Assembly (NCBI GenBank): GCA_965644295.1
Contig: CBFFRP010000297.1
Location: forward strand, 620,001-684,000
Length of the DNA stretch: 64,000 nt
Source: Paraphysomonas bandaiensis
Lineage: Eukaryota > Protista > Chrysophyceae
Reading direction: 5' to 3'
Shown here: one piece after another, positions 25,730 to 37,112 of the stretch
Position numbering within the stretch: position 1 is the stretch's first letter
Layout of the letters: the number at the start of each line of letters is the position of its first letter
Position numbers and translations under genes: made by a program
Notes under the pieces: generated by a model
What the model was told of the DNA's origin: nothing
Databases searched by the model: none
The model's input: the letters and a program-made list of their open reading frames with translations, nothing else

Positions 25730-25764
25730 TTGTGTTGGTATACCCTAAGGGGTATACCGGTTTA
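25730..25764 (+). repeat. 35-bp hairpin junction motif, copy D (consensus)
   Basis: TTGTGTTGGTATACCCTAAGGGGTATACCGGTTTA; direct repeat of C at 717-bp spacing. Confidence 0.9.
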
Positions 25765-26402
25765 TCATTCACTCAGCTTAGTGCGTAGTAAAGAAACTGT
25801 TAGTATTGCATGAAGATTATACTTCTATATGTGCTCTAACATTAACAATATGTATAGTACTCGCATGAGATACTATGTCAATATTTGCATTGCTCGTTTA
25901 AACCCACCCTAGTTCAGTCAGCCAGGTGATTTGATATGTTCATTATCGCAGCGGCTTCTTTAGAAAATTCTGTTGATCACATCGATTGAAACAGGCTCAA
26001 CAATCGTAATTCAAGTTTGACATGTCCAATTGCCAAATATAAAAATGTAATGCAGCTTTCAACAAAAATAATATATCAGATGCATAGGTGTGAACTAGAG
26101 CAAATAGAAATAAATGTAACAAGCAGATATTTCATGCCTTCATAAGTTTTAAGATTGAAATTGAGAAGCTCTTGTGATAACGGCAAGTGAATATAGAAAC
26201 TGAAATTTCGAAGTAGTTGATGTGGTACGGAAGCCGGGTTTCAATCAAACCCTTATCGTATTGTCATAAAGCAATAGTACTGGAGAAATATAGCTTCTTC
26301 GTAACTTTGTCTTATGTTTTGTTTAGAATTTGATAGTATTGTAGGTGTGTATTCTTGCTGGTAGAGATATATATAAAGATGTAGTGCACGAAGTATTATT
26401 AT

Positions 26403-26595
26403 TTAGGTGCTTGCGGTGACGCACAAGCAGCTTTTGTAGAATTAAATAATAGGATATCAGAGTTAAGCACTAATTAGTTAAATTGCATACATCTGTATGT
26501 CTGTTTACTAGCTATAGGTGTTTCAAAGTCAGTAAGTTAAATTGAAAAGCTACATTAAACGCCTATTGCTAATAATAAGACATTCACTACTACTA
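26403..26595 (+). repeat. Dispersed repeat family R1, short copy
   Basis: GGTGCTTGCGGTGACGCACAAGCAGC ... CGCCTATTGCTAATAATAAGACATTCACTACTA. Confidence 0.8.
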
Positions 26596-27399
26596 TAGTC
26601 GAGTTACGGTTGTGATGGCTTATTGTTTCAAGTTGTAAAACACTGCTTTAGACTAAGAGCAATACACGAGTCTACATAATCCGTTAGAAGTAGTATCTAA
26701 GGTATCCTAGATCACTGAATCAACTTCGTATCCCACAATTATTCACATGGCATATAGACAATAGACCCTCCAAAATTTAAGCACCTGTTACATGATTGAA
26801 CAGAGTAACTAGCTCAAACATTTTTAGGTACACACAATATATATATGATGATAACAACTGTATTCAGAGAAGTTTTAATGAGTATTTTAATCAGTATATT
26901 ATCATTTTAGTAAGAGCTTTATTCAACGAGAATTAGTCTAGTTCTAATTAAAATGTACTTAGTGTTTGCTGACAATATCATCTTTATTATCGAAGCATAC
27001 TGCTTTAATCCTGATAAAATTTATGTTGAATATTTGTATGTATTAGACAAATATTAAATATTTGGGCTGCAGACTGCTTTCACAGTCACTAATATTATCT
27101 CAATGTACAATGTATCATACTGCGATTCGAAAAGAACTGTATCACCAAGAAGTACTTTGTAGCTATAATGAATGCCGTATACATTGTAGTATATACCTAC
27201 TTCGAAACGATTTAGACGACTATTATGTTAGACTTGAGGCCAACAGTGAGGGTGATGACGAGACTAAACTTCGGTTGAAGTAAGTGGTTCATATATACTA
27301 GTAAGAGTTGATCTTTTTCACTTTATTCTGGTTTAGTAGTTGTGTAGTAATTAATTAGTAATCAAAGCTAATAATTTTTAGTTTCCTAGTACGATATAG

Positions 27400-28080
27400 C
27401 TGTATCGTTTTGGGGGTATTTTCACCACATTCCCACAGTGTGGCCATAGTGTAGGGTCATTTGCACTGTTTCTACACACAGTCACCCGCCCGGCTTTTGG
27501 CTGACAATAATATAGATCGCGCTTAGATTCTGTGAGAGCTATCGTACTGCCCGACCCGTGTTCGCCTTCACAAAGTTTACGCAAGATTACATACACTTAT
27601 ATATAGCTCTGTACGACTTATATATTCTAGAAACACGCTTTCCCATCCCCTGGAAAACTTTACACAGATCTCTAAAATTCTTCTCTTCATCATGCACGAC
27701 TCCGTATAGGCCCAGAATGAATCCTTGCCTATAATAAGTGGGGTTCAGTATAATCTTTTCCCCATTTCAAGAGAGTGGCCATAGTGTAGGCTTGTTGGTG
27801 CACCACATATTACACCGAGATTTAGCGCTGATTCTACCACCCACCTACCCGTGTACCAACGTAGCTGACCACATAGATCACACGCAGATTCTCTGTTGCC
27901 GCCCCACCCATGTTCACCTTCCCTAAGATTACGGGAAAATTTTTAATAGCTATGCCTTAGTAATATCTGTAATTCGCTCAGATTCTAGTGGATCCAAGTT
28001 TACATTTCCATCACCTATCAAAGATGACGCGGAGATTATTGTGACCATTCATGACTCATTATAGGCCGAGCACGGCATTG
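27400..28080. repeat. Diverged tandem duplication of a ~340-bp unit
   Basis: GTGGCCATAGTGTAGG at ~27439 and ~27775, followed by colinear ATAGATC..AGATTC, ACCCRTGTTCRCCTTC and GACTC..TATAGGCC blocks. Confidence 0.6.
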
Positions 28081-30777
28081 GCCGCCCCCACGAGTATGCG
28101 CGGGGATTCTCGCAATCCCATAATATTATAGGCTATGTAAGTATAATGTAGATCTAGCAAGAGCTTGCTTGGCGCCGGCACACAAAGAATACGCTGAAAT
28201 TTTATTAACAATCTATACGTTACTCAGTTCAATCAACACTAGCACTTGACTAGAGCACGCTCTCTGAATGGGGCAATTACATAATGTAATTTTCGTAGGT
28301 ATGCTTAATAAGAACAACACAAACAATTTATATTACTTTTTCTGTCGGTGCGTTGATAACAGACTACATGTGAATTCTATGGTCTATGCATAAAGGTCTA
28401 TGCATTGCTTATTGCTTAGTTCAATAAATGTCTACAATGAACTAGGGTACATCCTCAGAACTCTGAATGGAAAAACTTTGTATTCTGTTCCAAGTTTTGG
28501 TTTATGATGGCGTACAGATGTATGTTGACTAGTAGTCATAACAATGGGACTGTGGGAGTGAATAATGAATGCACAATAGTCAATATATTAATGAGGTCGC
28601 TAACAATATACCCCTGATAATTGATAGATACTTGTACGGACGGAAACTTGCGACGTTGAAAAAGTTAGAATATTATGTTTTGCGATAAACCAAGAACGTT
28701 GCTTATAATATTCTGAATCCATTCTACCTACAATGTGCAGTACGTCACATATTGCAGATTTGGAACACACCATGTGCGAACAATGAGCAAGAAGAACATA
28801 ACTCGCTGTTTCGAAATTATGAGGAGATAACGTCACTTAATTACAATGTCGTACCACACTGATACAGTATCGATTATTGCAGTGCAGCTTGGTAATATAC
28901 CTGAGGTGGCACAAACTATGCAACATTCACTACAATACTATAATCAGAAGGGATACCAAAACTCTCCTATTTCTATGTGCACATCACTCCTCAAATACAA
29001 ATCAACAAAAATATAACTAATCAACGTATAGTTTTGAGAGTGGCGTATGTCTTAATCCTTTCTGATGGATCTGAACATCGGCCGGCGGGACCTCTGCATC
29101 ATCTGAAACACAGGAAGAATAATACCTGCAGATTGTTTATTCGATTAGAGTTAAGGTTGCTATGAGTATGTAACGTACCCATGACAATAAGAAACGCTCC
29201 GATCATATATGAGGACGACGAGTAGCTCACATGATGAAGAGCCATCTTAAGGATATATAGAGGGAGAGATAGACAGGAGCAGATACAAGTGAATATAGTG
29301 TGATTGAGAGGCTTGAATATTTAGGCTCCTACACTGGCCGGGATGATCTGAGTGCTGAGAGAGTGGCTTATATAGAGGAGACTATAGACTGGTCTATACA
29401 CAACATACACATTTACATGCTAATTTATCATAAAAATAGGGGTTTTATCACCGTTGATATAAAAACAGCAGGTTTTGAAGTGTGAGAAGAAAAATAGGTC
29501 GTTAACTCTATTTTTTGACGAGAGTCGAAATAGTAGGGTTTTTTATTCTATGAAAAACAGGGGTTTTATAAGTGAGTAGTGGGGTTTTTATGTGGTTGGG
29601 AGTGCACTACAGATTGAGTGGTGTATAATGGTTGACAATATGCAGACAATCCACCACACAACTCATTAATATTGCGTTCAAACTCACAATATGGTCACAG
29701 TGATATGAGTACACAGGGTTGTGTTGCTATGCAACTTGATACGTACACATGAGCAGAGGCAGGGTGCAGATTAACCTCTACAGGTGCACCCTATACATGT
29801 GCACCACTGGATGCCGTCATGCATGAATACTATCTGCTTTTGAGTTGAGCGGATTTTCTCCTTGAAGCACATGTCACCACATGAGAGCTATGCATACGCG
29901 TAAGATGGGCGACGAAATGAATCTCCTGTGCAGTGGTGCGTATTCTCATTTCGAAATTGTTGTTTATATGCTGTCATGCTATATCGCATGCTTCGAAGCC
30001 GGTATGTGTAATTATACTCATTCCCGGTCAAAAGTAATGCAACAGTAAACTATGTGCTTGTGGGTGTGGCTTGTCACACACTGTTGTTTTTAAAATGAAA
30101 GCGCAGTGTACCTTTACATTGACTTTGCCCTCAATCAACTTGCCTACATTTCAATCATATATACCTATATAATACGATTTTTTTCACACTCGTGATGGTA
30201 ATGATTTGGTTCATTTAGGTGTTTCTGGAACTATACAGATGCTTCTAAGGGTGAGCAACAGAGATTATAACGCTACTTCTGGAATGATATCGGCAAATGA
30301 AACCAGTCGTTGAGACTTGTAGTACAACAGAGACTACAACCCACGATGTGATGATTTGTTGTCCTGTTGTAATAATGGCATTCTCTTGTTGACTTCACAA
30401 GATAAATTCTACACAACTAAAAAATATGCTAGTGACAGACCCGCACACTCCATAATATAGTTAGCACTGTAGTACAAACACATATCGACTAATACTACAA
30501 TGTTTACTATAACTGACAATTTCTACAACTCCACAGTCACTGGTGACATGTACGGTGAGGGGAAATAATATATATTTAGTGTGTTTTTATGAAGTGTAAA
30601 AAATGATGTTACTTCGCTTTCGATGCCTGGCAGAGCGAGTCATGAATGCACGTACACTCTAGAATCAATAGCAGAAATGTGGTCCCATTATCTGTTTTCG
30701 TCATTGTTGTGTGCGTACGCCAAGTAGTATGAAATAAGGAACATAACACTATCCCGCAGGGCAATCAGGTTGTAGTC

Positions 30778-31070
30778 TGTTGAGATCTGAAGATTCTATA
30801 TACTTGCAATTGAGTGCAGTATTATGTGAGATGCAAGGATCGAAAGATATATATGTAATTAGTACATTATATTATGTAGTATGAAACTGAAGTAGAAGTG
30901 GATGACTATACAGGATACGATCACTGAGTGGGTGGTTTGTACACTATAGTAGTAAATGAATGGTGTTGAACACATCGAACACAACTTAGGTTCTTTATCA
31001 TGTAATGTTTATAATTTCATCTTATCAGTTGAGAATAGAAAACCTTAGCAAATAATGTCAACTTCTGTTA
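30778..31070 (+). repeat. 5' LTR
   Basis: TGTTGAG...CTGTTA, identical to 35778-36070. Confidence 0.97.
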
Positions 31071-33328
31071 TGGTAGCGAGTGATAGTTGTAGGGATGGGG
31101 AAGATGACAAGAAGCTACGGTTTGACAAGAACCAATCAGACTATTCAGCGAGAAAAATCAAGATGCATCTAATGAAGAAAAACCGAAACCATCTTGGCTT
31201 GGAGGACCCGCCAGCCGGAGGAAGGAATTTAGAGTCATGGAGAGAGCGTAATGATACCTGTGTTAGTACTATTTGGGAGGCTTGCGAGCATGACCCTGAT
31301 GTGTTGGAGGTAGCCAATCAATATTTGGAGGGGAAGGCAATTTTACCTGCTGATGATCCTGCTAAGGAGGTGTTATCCAGTGAGCTCCTTCAGACACTGG
31401 TTGATAGGTTCAGAGGCGAGATTGGGACTGTATTGGAGAAGACTACGGCAGAATACCATTCGTTCAAAATAAGGCCGGGGGAAAAGGTGTCTGTTGGGGT
31501 AGATCGACTGAACGGTATAATCCAGAAGCTCATAAAATTGGGACAACCGCAGACAGAGGCAAGTAAATTAGCAAAGATAAAAGCAGCGCTGCAGATAGAG
31601 GAATTACATGATTTATGGATGTCGGTAGCGATGATGCCTAAAGCAACAACTACATTTGATTCGGTGAAAGAGGCTTGTGAAGAGTATGACGAGGCTATGA
31701 CGCAGCTGAAGAAACTAAAGGGAGACAAATCTGAAGAGATCAATTTTACGGCGTCGAAGGAGCCAGTGGTTTGTTCATTTTGTCGGAAGAAGGGACATGT
31801 AGCAGCGAATTGTTATGCTAAGGAACGACAAAGAAAAATGGACAAGTTCAAAAGAAAAGGGAAGACAAAGGAAAAGGCTTCGAAGAGTGTGCAGCAGCCA
31901 GGATCAAAGGATTATACTGGTTGTCATATCTGTGGAGATTTTAGTCACAAAGCCCGACAGTGCAAGTCGAAAAAACGGAAGAACATAAAAAACCCGGATA
32001 ATGAGAATCCTCGAAAATCGAACAGGAAATTCGAGACAGAATGGAAGAAATACGTCAACGACGGAGAGTCGTCGGATGATGAAGCGAATTTGTTTGGAGA
32101 AGAGGTTTTGCTATCGGTGGATACGTCGGAAGAACCTCGTGTATATCTGGACAGTTGTGCAAGTAAAAGACTGTTTATAGTAAAGGATAAAATTGCACTG
32201 GAGTCATTTACTCCTGAGTTTGGGGCAATCCAACTAACTAGAAAGGGTTCTCAATTGGAGACACAGGGAACTGGTACATTCGGGGAATGGAGAGACATCA
32301 GAGTTAGTGAAGAAGCGGTGAAGAACATTGTGTCAGGAGGGATGCTGAGATCAATGGGATACGGATTACAACTGCTTCGAAAGCCTAAAATCGTGGAATT
32401 GGACTCTGGAAACGAGGTGTTGACTGGAGAGTACGATGAGCATGGAGGGATGCCGTATGTGGACTTGATGGAGGTGTTAAATCTGCCAAATGTGTCTATG
32501 TGCAATCAGATAGAGGAGGTAAATTTGTCGGATAATACAGGACAAGATGCGTTGGATCGCTTACATGAGCGTACTGGACATGTCTCGAAATCGAAGTTAA
32601 TAGAAGCTCACCGACACATGTTATTCAGAGGATCAGGACTACAACGACATCACCTTTCGAAGGCAAAGGAGAAGAGTTGCAAGAAACCCCTGTGTAAATG
32701 GTGTGCCAAGGCGAAGATAACCAGGCATTCGTTCAAATCACGGGACAACGAAGAGCTAAGCGCAGTCAGGTTCCTGGAAAGAGTAACAGCGGACATCTCC
32801 GTCTATCTCAATTGTGAATCCAGACAAGGGTATAAGTACGTGCTCCTATTTACGGACTTAGCAACAAAGATGATATGGGAATATGGATTGAGGACTCGAA
32901 GCGGAGAGGAGGTGTTCAAATGTCTACGACACTTGTGCGAGGTCCACTTAGTGAAGTACGAGGGGTGGAACCGTATAGTGGAGTATCATGCCGATGGAGG
33001 ATCCGAACTTATTAGTCAGCAGATAAGAGAGTATCTGTTGCAGCGATATGGGACTCGGGTGTCACATACAACACGAGACACGCCAGAGCTCAACGCGGTG
33101 TCTGAGAGGAAATTCCGAACAATTGGGGAGATGACACTGACGATGTTGACGGCATCTGGACTTCCAAAGTCGTTCTGGTTTGATGCTTATCAAACTGCAT
33201 GTTACATTGTGCGACGAATGCCAACTCGGACGTGGCAAGGATGGATGTCTCCATATGAGTGTGTCCCAGGGGGAGCGTTCCCAGCCTATCGTGGCTACGG
33301 AAATGGGGGTGCAAAGCATATGTGCTAA
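31055..33328 (+). CDS. Copia gag-protease-integrase (polyprotein part 1)
   Basis: Two CCHC knuckles (CSFCRKKGHVAANC, CHICGDFSHKARQC), protease YLDSCAS, integrase HERTGH...CKWC zinc motif and D-D-E core (TADI, HADGGSE, NAVSER). Confidence 0.92.
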   Translation: MSTSVMVASDSCRDGEDDKKLRFDKNQSDYSARKIKMHLMKKNRNHLGLEDPPAGGRNLESWRERNDTCVSTIWEACEHDPDVLEVANQYLEGKAILPADDPAKEVLSSELLQTLVDRFRGEIGTVLEKTTAEYHSFKIRPGEKVSVGVDRLNGIIQKLIKLGQPQTEASKLAKIKAALQIEELHDLWMSVAMMPKATTTFDSVKEACEEYDEAMTQLKKLKGDKSEEINFTASKEPVVCSFCRKKGHVAANCYAKERQRKMDKFKRKGKTKEKASKSVQQPGSKDYTGCHICGDFSHKARQCKSKKRKNIKNPDNENPRKSNRKFETEWKKYVNDGESSDDEANLFGEEVLLSVDTSEEPRVYLDSCASKRLFIVKDKIALESFTPEFGAIQLTRKGSQLETQGTGTFGEWRDIRVSEEAVKNIVSGGMLRSMGYGLQLLRKPKIVELDSGNEVLTGEYDEHGGMPYVDLMEVLNLPNVSMCNQIEEVNLSDNTGQDALDRLHERTGHVSKSKLIEAHRHMLFRGSGLQRHHLSKAKEKSCKKPLCKWCAKAKITRHSFKSRDNEELSAVRFLERVTADISVYLNCESRQGYKYVLLFTDLATKMIWEYGLRTRSGEEVFKCLRHLCEVHLVKYEGWNRIVEYHADGGSELISQQIREYLLQRYGTRVSHTTRDTPELNAVSERKFRTIGEMTLTMLTASGLPKSFWFDAYQTACYIVRRMPTRTWQGWMSPYECVPGGAFPAYRGYGNGGAKHMC
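31071..31080 (+). promoter_or_regulatory. Primer-binding site, probably initiator tRNA-Met
   Basis: TGGTAGCG abutting the LTR, the same as the start of the yeast Ty1 PBS. Confidence 0.75.
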
Positions 33329-35652
33329 CACCCAAGGCCGACAGGAGGAAGGACTGGGAGGACAAAGCAATGACAGGTTATTTCATAGGGTATCCAGCTG
33401 ATCGAAAAGGATACAAGGTGCTAGTGGGGGACACCGTAGTACACTCTGTACATGTATTATTTGATGAATCGGTACCTGAGAGGTCTCAGGATTATTATAG
33501 AGAGCTGGAGGAGGCTCAAGTGGCTATAGATCCCGAGGCTCGTCAACCGGGTGAGTTTGAGTATCTTATCGGAAAGCACCATGAGGATGGTGGTCTGCTA
33601 TACAAGACTAACAGAGTGGTGATAAGGAAGGGACTTATTGTGGGATACCGGTCGTTGGTTACTGGTAACCAGGTTCAAGTGGAGGATAAAACTCCTATTC
33701 ATATTGCTGACATCAAGAAGATGACAGAGGATCTTGCGCAGAGGGTGGTTAGGGCCAGAGTTACTGACAACCGTGACGGCGGTATCAGCGGAGTGGTGCC
33801 ACAGCAGTCGGAAAGTGGGCAGGTGCAGCCCCAGGCTGACTCAGCATTACCTTCGGGGGAAGGGACCCCTGCCGAGAATCATCCGCACGGCAAACGCGCA
33901 AGAACTCCAAGGACGGTAACGAATGTGTCGGTGTTAGGACAAATCCATCATTTGAGTGATGAGAGTGATGTGAGTGACCTTTTACAGGAGGCAGACTCAG
34001 TGTGGATGTCAGCGGAAGAGTCGACAGTGCCTCAGACACATCGTGAGTCCTTGGAGAGTGCCGAGCACAGGGAGTGGAGACGAGCTCGCCGTGTAGAGCG
34101 AGAGGGTTTGGCGAAGCGAGATACCATGGAGGTGACTCGTATACCGGACGGAGTCGTCCCACTGCACTCCAAGTACGTCTATGGAAAGAAGTACGATAAG
34201 GAGGGAGAGGTCCGCCGATATAAGGCTCGTCTTGTAGCAATCGGTTGTGGACAGCAGTCGAGTGGTTGGGCGAACCATTTCGCACCCGTTGTTAAGGGGG
34301 TAACAGTGCGACTGTTAATCGCCATAGCTTTCGTGATGAACATGGTAATTCATCAACTGGATGTGTCTAACGCATTTCTATATGCAGATATAGAGGGGGA
34401 CGTATATATGAAGGCAACTCCGGACTTTCAGCTGCCTGAGGGGTACTGCTTTAAGCTGAAGAAGTCGTTATACGGGCTTCGGAGTTCCCCGCGGTCGTGG
34501 TGGAAAACATTGGATAAATTCATACGATCTATGCATTTTAAACCATGTGTATTAGACCCGTGTTTGTATTATCAGTATAAGGGCGATGAATTGATATTAT
34601 TAACGATATATGTGGATGATATCCTAGTGTTAGGTCGTGATGTCAACATAGTGAAGGATATTAAAGCTCAACTGTGTGCCCGGTTTGATATGAAGGATAT
34701 GGGCGAGATGGAACATTTTCTGAATGTTCGAGTCACAAGAACGCCAGAGTATATTCGTCTTGACCAATCAGTATATGCGGCTAAGATCTTAGAAAAGTTT
34801 GAAAAGTATCTTGGGTCACCGCGAAAGGTACGGAAGAGTCCTCTACCGGCGGAAGCAATGGATTTAGTGGCAAAAGGGGCGCGGCATGAGCATACCGAGG
34901 AGGAACAGCTTATAGTAGATAACTTCCCATATCGGCCGCTGATAGGTGCATTACTATATCTATCGATGAACACGAGGCCGGATATTGCCTATGCAGTGGG
35001 AGTACTGTCTCGGTTCAGTAATAAGGTGAATATTGAAGTATGCAAGCTATTAACACATGTATGGCAATATATTCGTGGTTCTATTGACAAAGGGATTCAA
35101 TATGGGAGTAGACGGTTCGACTTCCATATGTTTACTGACGCGGATTGGGCGGGAGATCAGCTCTCCAGGAAGTCCACGTCGGGGTACGTTGGGTTTGCAG
35201 CGGGAGGGCCTATAGTCTGGCAGTCCAAATTGCAGACGACAGTGGCAACGTCAAGCATGCAGTCTGAGTATCAGTGTATTTACTCGGGTCTCCAAGAAGT
35301 GCTATGGGTTCGGGGGGTGACGGGTGAGATTAAGTTGAGGCTCATCAAACCCACACCATTCTTCATCGACAGTCAGAGTGCCCAGGATTTGGCCGAAAAC
35401 CCAGTGTTTCACAAGAAGTCGAAGCACATTGAGATTAAGTATCACATGGTGAGAGAGCACGTGGATCCCAATCAGTTCAATACGATTAAGTTAGTGCATG
35501 TGCATACATCGCAACAAGCAGCAGATATTTATACAAAGTCATTGGTTGGTTTATCATATATGGATCAGAGAAAGAGAAATCTTGGAGAGAAAGTTAAGAG
35601 TTCCACTGAAGTGATTAATGAGGGACCAAGGGATAAAAGAAGGCGCAAGTAG
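33259..35652 (+). CDS. Copia integrase C-terminus, reverse transcriptase and RNase H (polyprotein part 2, -1 frame)
   Basis: WGCKAYV, RYKARLVA, QLDVSNAFL, LKKSLYGL, IYVDDIL, TRPDIAYAV, TDADWAG, KHIEIKYH, ADIYTK. Confidence 0.93.
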   Translation: MCPRGSVPSLSWLRKWGCKAYVLTPKADRRKDWEDKAMTGYFIGYPADRKGYKVLVGDTVVHSVHVLFDESVPERSQDYYRELEEAQVAIDPEARQPGEFEYLIGKHHEDGGLLYKTNRVVIRKGLIVGYRSLVTGNQVQVEDKTPIHIADIKKMTEDLAQRVVRARVTDNRDGGISGVVPQQSESGQVQPQADSALPSGEGTPAENHPHGKRARTPRTVTNVSVLGQIHHLSDESDVSDLLQEADSVWMSAEESTVPQTHRESLESAEHREWRRARRVEREGLAKRDTMEVTRIPDGVVPLHSKYVYGKKYDKEGEVRRYKARLVAIGCGQQSSGWANHFAPVVKGVTVRLLIAIAFVMNMVIHQLDVSNAFLYADIEGDVYMKATPDFQLPEGYCFKLKKSLYGLRSSPRSWWKTLDKFIRSMHFKPCVLDPCLYYQYKGDELILLTIYVDDILVLGRDVNIVKDIKAQLCARFDMKDMGEMEHFLNVRVTRTPEYIRLDQSVYAAKILEKFEKYLGSPRKVRKSPLPAEAMDLVAKGARHEHTEEEQLIVDNFPYRPLIGALLYLSMNTRPDIAYAVGVLSRFSNKVNIEVCKLLTHVWQYIRGSIDKGIQYGSRRFDFHMFTDADWAGDQLSRKSTSGYVGFAAGGPIVWQSKLQTTVATSSMQSEYQCIYSGLQEVLWVRGVTGEIKLRLIKPTPFFIDSQSAQDLAENPVFHKKSKHIEIKYHMVREHVDPNQFNTIKLVHVHTSQQAADIYTKSLVGLSYMDQRKRNLGEKVKSSTEVINEGPRDKRRRK

Positions 35653-35777
35653 GTACTGAGTTTTTTAGACAGAGGTTTAGACTTAGAGATGAGTCTATTT
35701 TACTGTCAAGAATTTTTTTATCTCAGGCATTCAATAGCTGGGAGGCGTCATAAGTACAACACTCAATTGAGGGGGAG

Positions 35778-36070
35778 TGTTGAGATCTGAAGATTCTATA
35801 TACTTGCAATTGAGTGCAGTATTATGTGAGATGCAAGGATCGAAAGATATATATGTAATTAGTACATTATATTATGTAGTATGAAACTGAAGTAGAAGTG
35901 GATGACTATACAGGATACGATCACTGAGTGGGTGGTTTGTACACTATAGTAGTAAATGAATGGTGTTGAACACATCGAACACAACTTAGGTTCTTTATCA
36001 TGTAATGTTTATAATTTCATCTTATCAGTTGAGAATAGAAAACCTTAGCAAATAATGTCAACTTCTGTTA
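35778..36070 (+). repeat. 3' LTR
   Basis: Identical to the 5' LTR, preceded by the PPT. Confidence 0.97.
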
Positions 36071-37112
36071 TAGTCAACTATAAGTGCTATTTACTATTTA
36101 TACATGCTGTCCCAATTAATTGAATTGAGATAAAAATAAATAGTAATTTAATTTATACTAAACTACGTACTTAACTAGTTATACATTAGCTGACAACATA
36201 GCTTGCTCAACTCTTTTTTCATCTCAGAAGCGACAATATATTCATTCGATCCTTTTCCGCCTGGGTAGGTGAGGATTTGTAGCCATCATGATCCTTCACG
36301 ACTGCCTTTTCGAAGTAGCGTTATGAATAATAGCAGCATTGTCGCCCAGATGACGGCATTTCAATTATTACAATTTCAATAGTTGACAATTAATTGATAC
36401 GCGGGTCCTGCTATCTTGTGCCCTCCTCGATCACCACTCAGGCGGAGTATTATTGATTCCGTTTCTTCAAAACTACAATGATAGTCACATTGAAGAGACG
36501 AAGCTGCAATACATGATCTTCTGTATATGGAGAACACTGTCTATCTCAGTATCAGATGATCCATGTCATGTGGATGAGTTACTTGGATAGATACGTGAAG
36601 AGGTGGCTGTCTACAGGCTCCCATACACGTACAGCAGCTACTGTATACTGCTGTATACAGTATGTACACGTAGCCCAGCTATAGATATGCTGATGATACC
36701 ATAAAATACAGGCCGTAGTTCGTAACAAGTACAGTCGAATACAGTTATATTTCGCGTACGTTCCATATAGCCGGGACAGAACTCTACCGGTATATCTACA
36801 TACAGCCGTATACAGCAGTGTATAGCTATAGAACTAGACATACATAGAGAACTATAACTAACTCTCCTCGTCTATACATACATACATACATATCTGTTAA
36901 TAGTAACACATGTAAGTGATCCAAGACAAGTATAGGAGCTTAGTGGATATATAGGAGAGTTATCATAGTTGTCTCTTCGTTGTAACAGCGAAGTGAATCA
37001 TATCAATTGATTTATTTTTATTGTTAACGTAAGTGTTTATGATTCGATGAGAGGAGAGTGTGTACATGCCTTATAACTGACTGGGGGATACATTTACTTG
37101 ATATTCAGTGTT

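Larger units (their letters stand above)
30778..36070 (+). mobile_element. Full-length Ty1/Copia LTR retrotransposon with 5-bp TSD TAGTC
   Basis: Identical 293-bp LTRs (30778-31070, 35778-36070); TSD at 30773-30777 and 36071-36075; PBS TGGTAGCGAG directly after the 5' LTR; PPT GAGGGGGAG before the 3' LTR; domain order gag-PR-IN-RT-RH. Confidence 0.98.

Noticed and set aside
18629-25764. 35-bp palindromic repeats as a CRISPR array
   Set aside because: Spacing is ~0.7-5.6 kb, orientation is mixed, there are no cas genes and the context is eukaryotic.
29420-29590. Repeated AAAAAYAGGGGTTTT motifs
   Set aside because: Probably subterminal repeats of a decayed transposon, but no partner end or TSD could be identified.
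33259-33328. Programmed gag-pol frameshift
   Set aside because: The break is inside the integrase, there is no X XXY YYZ heptamer, and a single missing G explains it.
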